Assembly: GCA_016839745.1 (NCBI GenBank) | Contig: JAEOTS010000044.1 | Coordinates: 1-64,000 of the forward strand | Direction of reading: 5' to 3' | DNA: 64,000 nt | Source of the DNA: Promethearchaeota archaeon | Lineage (GTDB): Archaea; Asgardarchaeota; Lokiarchaeia; Sigyniarchaeales; SOKP01 | In this document: positions 10,654 to 19,218 of the stretch, one piece after another | How the letters are laid out: each line of letters starts with the position of its first letter | Numbering within the stretch: position 1 is the stretch's first letter | The notes under the pieces: generated by a model | Database searches by the model: none | Told to the model about the DNA's origin: nothing | Seen by the model: only the letters and a program-made list of their open reading frames with translations | Position numbers and translations under genes: made by a program

Positions 10654-11859
10654 TCAATATTTAGACAGCATTTCTAAAAAAGCTTCCATACGCGTCATGA
10701 TTTGTCCTGGTGCGTAGTTTCTTTCATCTACGCAATCTACATCTAAATGTATGGTTGGAATCCCTATTTTTTGAAGAGCATCTTTAAATAAGACCCTTGC
10801 ACCGGCAGATTGTCGGCATCCCCAGTGAGCGGGATTAACTGCGCCGTCTATTTTATAATCTTGTGCTAATTGCGTAATTACATCGAGTCGTCTATCAGCC
10901 GGACCAACTATAGGGTGAGTTATTATTCTTGTAGCGAGGCTTCTTAAAGGGTCATCTTCATCCATAGGTTCCCACCATATGTGATTAAGTTCATCAATTA
11001 CTATTTTTGCGCCATAATTTTCTTCCAGGATTCTCAAAAGATCAGTTTTAAATTGGATTCGATTCTGGATCCACATTAATCGGTATTTTTCTTCTTGTAA
11101 ACCACCTAAGTTATTATCAACTCTAAATTTAAATTCGTCTCGGTATAATTTTGCGACTTCAACGCTCTCTTTTGTTCCTTGAAGCAATACAATCATGATG
11201 AAGTTTTTTAAGTCGTTTGAATTTGCAGGACTTGGGACATTCATACATAATTTGTTTAATTCTATCAGGTATTCCCTTGCTTCATTATTGTATTTAATTG
11301 AATTTTTAAGCTTATCATAATCTAACTTACGACCAGTTTCGCTTTCGATGTACTCTATCATTTGCTCGAATTGTTCCGTTAAATAATCGACCGATTTTGG
11401 AGTTACTTCAATTGGAATGTTCAAAATAAAGACTTCCTTGTTAAAGATTTCTCCGATGCGTTTTAACGCTTTAACCCCGCCATTACAAGGGATACTTGCC
11501 CCAATGAGCACATCTGGTTCTGGTAGGAGTCCATCCATGGCGGCACCGATTATAGTTCTATGGTAAGAACAGCTATCAGTGGAATAACCTTTACTTTCTG
11601 AAAGATCAAGATATTTTCTTGACATACCAGTTCCAGCAAGCATCGCTCCAAAAAACTCAACAAACATGCCAGAAACGTTCATTGAACTGAGAAGTTCGTA
11701 TGGGACGAATACCGTAGTCCAACCAATTGACCAGTTGTCATCGAAGATTCGAGTTCCAATTCTTGCTATTTCGTAAACAAATTTTCTACGAGCGGTGGTT
11801 TTTGATTCTAGTTTGTTTTTTAGGCTTGTTTCCAATTGAGTAAAATATTTCTTTAACAT
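10654..11859 (-). CDS. 2-hydroxyacyl-CoA dehydratase subunit (HgdA/FldB/BcrB family)
   Basis: DSCSYHR, PCNGG, IDGAV..HWGCRQ, DVDCVD, TRMEAFLEML. Confidence 0.88.
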   Translation of the reverse strand: MLKKYFTQLETSLKNKLESKTTARRKFVYEIARIGTRIFDDNWSIGWTTVFVPYELLSSMNVSGMFVEFFGAMLAGTGMSRKYLDLSESKGYSTDSCSYHRTIIGAAMDGLLPEPDVLIGASIPCNGGVKALKRIGEIFNKEVFILNIPIEVTPKSVDYLTEQFEQMIEYIESETGRKLDYDKLKNSIKYNNEAREYLIELNKLCMNVPSPANSNDLKNFIMIVLLQGTKESVEVAKLYRDEFKFRVDNNLGGLQEEKYRLMWIQNRIQFKTDLLRILEENYGAKIVIDELNHIWWEPMDEDDPLRSLATRIITHPIVGPADRRLDVITQLAQDYKIDGAVNPAHWGCRQSAGARVLFKDALQKIGIPTIHLDVDCVDERNYAPGQIMTRMEAFLEMLSKY

Positions 11860-11892
11860 ACCTTGAGCTGCTATTTTTTTTCACCTTTTTTT

Positions 11893-12948
11893 TTAACTTT
11901 TTATAATTTCTGAAAATGCCTCAATTCTAGTTCTAATTTGATTAACATCTCCTAAGCTACCATCACTTTCAATGAATAACACACTTAACCCCTTCTCAGT
12001 TAATATCGTTTTTAAAGCGGGGACATCGTATAAATATGTATCGCAAAATTTTAACGAGTGGTGAATCACTCCATCAACCCTGAATTTTTCTGCTGTTTTA
12101 TAAATCTGATCTGCTCTCTCCTTAATTTGCATCATTCGAGCGCATGGGGTTTTATTTAGATAAGCCTCACTTAAGGAAGCTAATAAATCGTGAGATTCAT
12201 TTATTACGAGATCAAAGAATTTGCTGCCTGTACAAAGATCTTCGTAAACCACATTCATTCCGATCTCTTCTATAAACGAGATAAATTCGATTTCGTGTAG
12301 AGGACTTCCTGATAAAAGTATTCTAGGGTTATTTTTTATAGCTACTTTTGGAGTTTGCATTCTTATATTTTCTAAAATGCCCTGGGTTTTATCATTCCAT
12401 ATTTTTGGTTCTGATTTAAAGAAATCCGAAGTAAGTTTCATTAAATCCGTTGCTGTTATTGAGGGTGGATTTTCTATTCTTAAAGAATTTAATTGGTTGT
12501 ACATTAAACGGGATTCTTTAAAAACATTAATTGCGTTCTTTATATCAAAATCACTAATAGTGATTACCGCGTGTTCTTCTAACGCATTTTTAAGCTTAAT
12601 AAACTCCTCCTTGAGATATTTTGCTCCTAACGATAAAGTTCCCATAGGAATATCTAAAATATGTATAAATTTCGAAGGAACATACCTTTTCCAAACGTCG
12701 TGAAGGCGTCGCATTGCATCGCAAGAATTAACGAAGACTACTCCGTCAAGAAAGTCGTACCCCCCATCAATTGCTACATCAATTGTAGATTTTACGAATT
12801 GACAGAAGTTAGGATGAATATAAGAATCTGCGTTTTGAGGAGGTTCAGAATGACCTATAATACGATAAGGAAGGAATCCCGCCGAATAAATTAGTTCTAA
12901 AGGGGTATAACTACACATCCATCCAATTTGCTTCTTATCAGTTGTTAT
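11893..12948 (-). CDS. 2-hydroxyacyl-CoA dehydratase subunit (HgdB/FldC/BcrC family)
   Basis: IGWMCSYTPLELI, FCQFVKS, SCDAMRR, DLCTG, KFCD, TRIEAF. The conserved N-terminus extends upstream of the ATG at 12918 to a probable ATA at 12948. Confidence 0.88.
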   Translation of the reverse strand: MTTDKKQIGWMCSYTPLELIYSAGFLPYRIIGHSEPPQNADSYIHPNFCQFVKSTIDVAIDGGYDFLDGVVFVNSCDAMRRLHDVWKRYVPSKFIHILDIPMGTLSLGAKYLKEEFIKLKNALEEHAVITISDFDIKNAINVFKESRLMYNQLNSLRIENPPSITATDLMKLTSDFFKSEPKIWNDKTQGILENIRMQTPKVAIKNNPRILLSGSPLHEIEFISFIEEIGMNVVYEDLCTGSKFFDLVINESHDLLASLSEAYLNKTPCARMMQIKERADQIYKTAEKFRVDGVIHHSLKFCDTYLYDVPALKTILTEKGLSVLFIESDGSLGDVNQIRTRIEAFSEIIKS

Positions 12949-13133
12949 AATAACCTCAAACTCCTTGAAACCTATTTTGAGAATTGAACCAAATTATTAT
13001 CTTAAATGTATCTGAAATTTTAAATCTTCATTTCTACCAAGTAAAGATTTATATTAGTATTTCGTCTATTTTTCCTTTAGAGAAAATAGGTAAGTTTAAC
13101 TTATCTTAATAAAAACTATTTATAAAATAATGT

Positions 13134-14621
13134 GTGAAATCAATGAAATGGAAAATAATAATTCCCATCATAGCTATCTTGCTTGTGGGAGTTATCATAA
13201 TTGCCCTTATTTTTAGTACTATTCCACATGTACCAATCACTCTACCACCAGGTGAAAGAAAAGCGATAATTCTTGGTAGTGCAAACGATTTTTATCCCTA
13301 CGAAGCAGAAGATAATTACGGTGGCGGAAATGATGCTACATTTGTGAACGATGTTGGTAATTGGACTTTTTCAGATACAAACAGTCTTGGATTTCATACA
13401 ATAATAAACAGCAATGTAACTCCAGGGTCACTATTTATTCAACCAATCGGCCCTGAATCTGTAGATGGTGTATTTAACCTAAATTATTCACAATTTTACG
13501 GCCTAGAAGAATATGCAATGTATAATCTCACAGCAAATATCTACATCCAGAGCATTGGTCCTATTCAAGGTAATGGTGTGCGAATAGGGTTAGAATGGTT
13601 AGATTCAGTAAACCAAGTTGTTAGGATAGATTGGTCGCGATACGAAAATTCTTCATTAAATCTATGGTTTCCTCTTAATATAATTGGTGTTTGCAATAAT
13701 GAGACAGGAAATGAGATTACGGCCCTAAACTTACTACTATCAGTAGAAGGGAGTTTCGATGTTTGGACAACGGAGGGAGTATACTACGATGATCTCATGT
13801 TAGATAAATGGATATCAGTTAACAATACTAACCCTGTTGATCCGAATCCTCCACCAAGCAGCATAGATTCAGACGGATTTCCGGCTCAAGCACTTCATGT
13901 ATACTGGATTTTAAAATCTCATGGATATACAGATGATAATATTTTTCTAATGTTATATCACACTAATGATCCAGTTATAGACATAAAAGCAGGAGACGGA
14001 ATTCTAAATGATTTAGTTGGAGCAGTTATCGATGTAGAAAATGACCAAGTAAATGCAAGTAGGTTTAAACAAGAATTAAATGCATCGGATTATCGCTCGT
14101 TTGCCACCAAGATCAATCCTAAGGACCAATTAATTGTATTTATGACTGACCATGGATCAAATGGCGTTCTTGGGGATGGCAACGCTACATTTCATTTTGA
14201 AGCAGATAACAGTTTTATTACTGAATTTGAGTTTTATGATTTAGTGAAGAATATTGATTGTGAACGTATGATGATAAATGTAGATTCTTGCTTTAGCGGT
14301 AACTTTCTTAATCAAAATAAAAATATAGGTCAGAGTTGGTACGACTTACCGAATTGCTTATTTGTGAGCGCATCTTCAAATGTGTTTTCTTGGTATTGGA
14401 TTAGTAATAACAACGGTGATGGTTTTGCTGGTTCATGGTTCTTTCATCAATTCTGGGATCAATTAGATCAAAATCAAACAGTTGCTAATGCGTTTACTTT
14501 TGCTATTAATTTTATACCATGGAAACAATGGGCGCCTTTAATCGTTACTCAATCTCCCTTAATGCAAGATAATCTAGGCATTAATACTACTTGGAGTTTT
14601 AATAGCGATCCCTCATTATAA
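13134..14621 (+). CDS. membrane-anchored/secreted clan CD cysteine peptidase (C13 legumain-like) with inserted domain
   Basis: N-terminal TM/signal; legumain-like HVYWILKSHGYTDDNIFLM; catalytic TDHG and DSCFSG. Confidence 0.8.
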   Translation: MKSMKWKIIIPIIAILLVGVIIIALIFSTIPHVPITLPPGERKAIILGSANDFYPYEAEDNYGGGNDATFVNDVGNWTFSDTNSLGFHTIINSNVTPGSLFIQPIGPESVDGVFNLNYSQFYGLEEYAMYNLTANIYIQSIGPIQGNGVRIGLEWLDSVNQVVRIDWSRYENSSLNLWFPLNIIGVCNNETGNEITALNLLLSVEGSFDVWTTEGVYYDDLMLDKWISVNNTNPVDPNPPPSSIDSDGFPAQALHVYWILKSHGYTDDNIFLMLYHTNDPVIDIKAGDGILNDLVGAVIDVENDQVNASRFKQELNASDYRSFATKINPKDQLIVFMTDHGSNGVLGDGNATFHFEADNSFITEFEFYDLVKNIDCERMMINVDSCFSGNFLNQNKNIGQSWYDLPNCLFVSASSNVFSWYWISNNNGDGFAGSWFFHQFWDQLDQNQTVANAFTFAINFIPWKQWAPLIVTQSPLMQDNLGINTTWSFNSDPSL

Positions 14622-14785
14622 TCTATTTTCTTTTTTTTTTTTAATATTTTTATCAAATAATAGCAACTATTAATACACCACGAAATCTTTTTTCGGTATT
14701 AAGAGCAAAAAATGAACCAAAATAGTAAAAAAATAAATTCTAAAATTTTTATTATTATAAAAAAGAAGTTTGGGGTTTTATTTAG

Positions 14786-17700
14786 TTGACAAATGTGGAA
14801 AACAAGACGGCATACCCATACATAACGGAATTCAAGAAGGAACCATTTAAATCTTTTTTATCAACGAATAGAAAGGATATTGGAAATTTTTATTTAAGCA
14901 ATTACGAAAAAATTTTGGAGTTATATCAACTCTATAATGAGAGCTTACTAAATGAAACTTCTTTAAAATTAGAAAATATTTATTGGTTTCTTTTGCTTAG
15001 AAAGTATCTCAAGCAAAAAGTGGATGTTTTCCGTGAGGAATATTTAAACATCATTAAAAATTGCGAAGTTGCGATTATCGAAAAAGATCAATTAGGTTTT
15101 AAATCATCTCCTCATTCTTCAAAAAAATCCGATATCTGGTCGTTATACTACACATTAGCTAGTCTAGAGCTATTAGGAATTTTAAACGAGTATCTTTCCT
15201 CTAAGGGAGATGGTGTTATAGTTCGACAAATAAAAAATTTCATTTATGCGCATAAGAAAAATAATGGATTTTTACACTGCTTTGATAAAAGTTGCGAGGA
15301 ATGTAATAACGGTCCTGTAGCAAAAACTTTTTATTATGTAATAGAAAGTCTTCTACTTCTTGGTATAGATGTAAGAGTATTCAAGGAGCAGTTTCGTTCG
15401 TATTTAAAAGAGAGGAAAAAAGATTCTACGATATTGTATAAGCTTTTAAGCCTTAAATTCTTCGATTTAGATTTAGAAGTAAGGGATAAAGAGATACAAT
15501 TTCTTTATCAATTTCAAAAAGAGAATGGTGGTTTTAGTTTTATTTACCAAGATGAAGATATTGATACAACCTTTTGGATAGTCAATATTCTCCACATTTA
15601 TTCTTGGTTAATTGATTACAACCCTGCTAGGATTTATTCCTTTATCACAGAAAAACTGGATCATATTTTTAGAGAAACAACAAGCTGGAATCTAAGAATT
15701 CTAAGAGAAGTAACTCAATTAGTCATACTATTATCTATAATTTGGAACCGCTTTATCGAAGAAATTGAAAGAGTCGTTTTTAAGCATTTAGAAACTCATA
15801 ATTTCATCGACTTAAACCAAATCAAAAACACATTTGGATTAAGCCATGGTTTAGATGAAATTGTTTTATATATCAATTTAAATTACACTTTTACTTTAAA
15901 AAAAGTTGATACTACTTTAGAATTCAATCAATATATTCAAAATCTAAGTCAAAGTAAAAGAGTTATTATTCGGGAAATTTATGAACAACTAAGTGATAAT
16001 AGTGTAATATCACTCTCCGATATTTATAAGAAGTATAGAGGTTCCTATAACGAAGAGCCATTAAGATTAAAGGAAGATATTTTTCCAATACTTCATGATT
16101 TAATAAGTAATCATTTTTTTGAAGGGGAAATCAAAGCTAAAAAAACCTATTTATTTAAAACTAAATACTACTTTTGTTTGGATTACTTATTCAAAAATAT
16201 CCTTATTGTTGATAATGAAATTAGTACTGAAAGGTTATACGAAGAAAAGTCAAAATTGAAGGAAATTAAGAACGATATTTACAATATGACATTAAAACTG
16301 AAAAATACGATTCCACAAATTAGGGAAGAGATTGAATCGTATCTTTTAATAGACGAAGTTGATTTTGCCAAAGAAAGATTGAAGTTTGTCTTGCGGAATT
16401 CATTAATGGAAGCTGATTTCTTAAACGAGAACATCGAATCCTCGTTTAATCAAGAATTAATCTATATTAACCTACAAGCAACTCTTGGCGTTGAAATATC
16501 TCAGTGGAACAAATCCTATTCTTTATTACAAAATGGTTTGAATGAATTAAATAGTTATCTCCAAGAAAGAATACAAGAAAAGGAAAGTTTAAAAAAATAT
16601 AGTGTTATTTTAGATGAACTGGATAGTAAAATTTACGACATTCAAGATCAGATAAATCGTGAAGTAGATTCTTTTAAGAATTACATAGTCGAAGTTTTGG
16701 ATAAGGGGTATAACAAGGAAAAATTTGATCTCATTATTCAAGCATTTAATAGGATATCTCAAATTGTAAGTAAATACGATGCGGTTATTTACAAAGTCTC
16801 GCACCAAGTTACAACAAAAGAGAAAAAAATAGCAAAAAACCACAAGAAAATAATCTATAAATGGGTGGATTTCAAAGAGAATTTTGATTCGATATTCGCA
16901 GATTATACTAATGGCTTTCAATTTTTTAACGAACTAAATAACAACATCAGAAATGTTAAAGATAATATACAGAATGGAATATTAAAAATAAAGGACAATG
17001 CGAAGAACCAAGTAGCTAATAATCAGTATCAAGACGCTTTTAAGACCATCAAAACAGAATCTGACATTTTACTAAAAAACAAAACTGAGGAAATTCATAA
17101 GTTAAAACAATTAGTAAAGAAAAATACTAGTTTTAAACAAAAACTCTTTCCACTTTATAAGTATCTAGACGAAAAGCTGGATAGCTTAGAAGAGAACATC
17201 ATTGGACTTATAGCTGACCAAGTTCAAATTCTAAAAGAAAAAGTCATTGAAGAGAGAAAACGAGCCAAAGTTGAAGATTTTGACGATTATGTTTCAAACA
17301 CGATTCAGATTTTTAAAGATAAATTAGAAAAATACAAATTTAGTATAGATCAAAATAGAGTAAACAAAATTCCGGATGTAATCAGGGGTTTTGATACAAT
17401 TATTATAGAATTTAATGATTATAACAAGAATTTCTCAAAGAAACTGCTCAATTTAACTGAGATTGTTGATAACCCTGACGAGAATTCGATTAAAATAATT
17501 CAATGGGAGAATTTTAGTGATTTTTTAAGTAACGAGGTAAGTAAATTAAAGGATGAATATGTAAACAAGATAATTTCTAACGAAATTTATCTCATGAGTG
17601 AAAAAGAAAATACAGATAAAATTGACATTAAGAAACTTGCTGATAAATTAAAACTCAAGTGTAAAACAATAATTCCAAGAATAAAAGATTTGATTGAAGT

Positions 17701-19198
17701 CTCTAAATTGCAGGGAGATTTACTCGAAGACAAAAAAGAACTTATTGTACATACTGAAGCATACCATAAGAATAGGGAATTAAAAAATTTCGCGGAAAAT
17801 AGAATTTTAAAACAAACACAGGAGACTATTGGACAGTTATTGGCGCTCTACGATTCATGTATAAAAAATAAGACTTTAAGAGTTAATTTTTTAGAAATTC
17901 AAAATAGGATTAACGATTTAAGTGATTTTAAGGAATTAATAAATGACCAATATACTATTAAGCTTAAAGAGTTAAATGTAGATGAAAATAGAATAGAAAA
18001 CATGGAACTGAGTAATAATATTAACGGTATCATTAGCAACGACGAATTAGCAATAGAAAAAATTAAAGAGAATTTACGATTATTTAAGGAACTAGAGTCT
18101 TTCATGGTTAACGAGTATAATGCTTTAAAAATAGATTTAGAAAACCTTTTTTCTAAAACTGCTGAAGATATTGAGAAGGTCGAGCTTCAGGGGAAAATGA
18201 AAGAAATTCTCGAAGGTAGAAAAGAGAAAGTTGAAATAAAGTTAAAGCAAGTAGATGATAAAATCGAAGAGAAGTTGAAAAATGTAATAAATAAAACTTA
18301 TGAATCTAAAAAATTTGAAACGGAAGCAAGAGAATTTTATTTCGAGAAGAAAAATGAAATCAAAAAATTAGTGAGAGAAAGAGTTAATGCTATTGAGGAG
18401 ACTATTAATACATTAAAACTTGAAACAGACAGGGGAAAATTATTAGCTATAATAAACAAAAATAATATTCATCTAAGTCAATTATTAGGCACACTTCAAG
18501 CACGAGTTGAGGACTATATTGATACAGAGCAATTTAAAAGAGCTTATCTACGAGTAAATAAAAAACATAAGTACATTGAGCAGGAAATTAGAAATTCAAA
18601 CAGAAGAATTAAAGACATCTACAAGGCATTTAATAGAAATTCTAACGATTTTGAAACCAAACATAAGCATATAATCAACGATTTTGACCGTTTCATAAAA
18701 GAGTTTAACGAGATATTAAGGGAAAAAGTTAAAACCTTAGAAGAATTAATTGTTAAATCGTACATAGAAATGGCAATAAAAGCTGTAGCAAATGAATTCC
18801 TCACTCTAAGTTTTCTACAAAATGAATTGAAAATGAAAAAACAACTGATTCAGAAGCATCTTATCTCTCTTATTAGTGCTGGTAAGTTAAGTGGTAAATA
18901 TGATCCTCAAATTGGGTTATATTACGAAAATCCTGATGTAATAAAAACATTGAACGAGAACGAATTAGAAGTAATTAAAAAAATGAATTTTCGAATGTAC
19001 ATGTTTATGAGACGCTTAAAAAACTTAACAAACCAATACGGGTCAATTATCGCTTTCTTTGCCTCACTAATTACAATTTCCTATTATATTTTCAGAATTA
19101 GCGGAGAGAACCCGTTAACAATTATAATCCCAATCATTCTTACATTAGTGGTACTTGCCTATCTCCTTTTCAAGAAAAAAAAAGACGAAAAAATTTGA
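14786..19198 (+). CDS. large multidomain protein: prenyltransferase/squalene-oxidase-like repeats, long coiled coil, PCI-like winged helices, C-terminal TM hairpin
   Basis: QKENGGF / HKKNNGF repeats; long K/E/I-rich helical middle; three LxxLI..G.L.G-type motifs; two C-terminal hydrophobic helices then KKKK. Confidence 0.7.
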   Translation: MTNVENKTAYPYITEFKKEPFKSFLSTNRKDIGNFYLSNYEKILELYQLYNESLLNETSLKLENIYWFLLLRKYLKQKVDVFREEYLNIIKNCEVAIIEKDQLGFKSSPHSSKKSDIWSLYYTLASLELLGILNEYLSSKGDGVIVRQIKNFIYAHKKNNGFLHCFDKSCEECNNGPVAKTFYYVIESLLLLGIDVRVFKEQFRSYLKERKKDSTILYKLLSLKFFDLDLEVRDKEIQFLYQFQKENGGFSFIYQDEDIDTTFWIVNILHIYSWLIDYNPARIYSFITEKLDHIFRETTSWNLRILREVTQLVILLSIIWNRFIEEIERVVFKHLETHNFIDLNQIKNTFGLSHGLDEIVLYINLNYTFTLKKVDTTLEFNQYIQNLSQSKRVIIREIYEQLSDNSVISLSDIYKKYRGSYNEEPLRLKEDIFPILHDLISNHFFEGEIKAKKTYLFKTKYYFCLDYLFKNILIVDNEISTERLYEEKSKLKEIKNDIYNMTLKLKNTIPQIREEIESYLLIDEVDFAKERLKFVLRNSLMEADFLNENIESSFNQELIYINLQATLGVEISQWNKSYSLLQNGLNELNSYLQERIQEKESLKKYSVILDELDSKIYDIQDQINREVDSFKNYIVEVLDKGYNKEKFDLIIQAFNRISQIVSKYDAVIYKVSHQVTTKEKKIAKNHKKIIYKWVDFKENFDSIFADYTNGFQFFNELNNNIRNVKDNIQNGILKIKDNAKNQVANNQYQDAFKTIKTESDILLKNKTEEIHKLKQLVKKNTSFKQKLFPLYKYLDEKLDSLEENIIGLIADQVQILKEKVIEERKRAKVEDFDDYVSNTIQIFKDKLEKYKFSIDQNRVNKIPDVIRGFDTIIIEFNDYNKNFSKKLLNLTEIVDNPDENSIKIIQWENFSDFLSNEVSKLKDEYVNKIISNEIYLMSEKENTDKIDIKKLADKLKLKCKTIIPRIKDLIEVSKLQGDLLEDKKELIVHTEAYHKNRELKNFAENRILKQTQETIGQLLALYDSCIKNKTLRVNFLEIQNRINDLSDFKELINDQYTIKLKELNVDENRIENMELSNNINGIISNDELAIEKIKENLRLFKELESFMVNEYNALKIDLENLFSKTAEDIEKVELQGKMKEILEGRKEKVEIKLKQVDDKIEEKLKNVINKTYESKKFETEAREFYFEKKNEIKKLVRERVNAIEETINTLKLETDRGKLLAIINKNNIHLSQLLGTLQARVEDYIDTEQFKRAYLRVNKKHKYIEQEIRNSNRRIKDIYKAFNRNSNDFETKHKHIINDFDRFIKEFNEILREKVKTLEELIVKSYIEMAIKAVANEFLTLSFLQNELKMKKQLIQKHLISLISAGKLSGKYDPQIGLYYENPDVIKTLNENELEVIKKMNFRMYMFMRRLKNLTNQYGSIIAFFASLITISYYIFRISGENPLTIIIPIILTLVVLAYLLFKKKKDEKI

Positions 19199-19218
19199 TT
19201 ATACCTTAATATTTGAAT

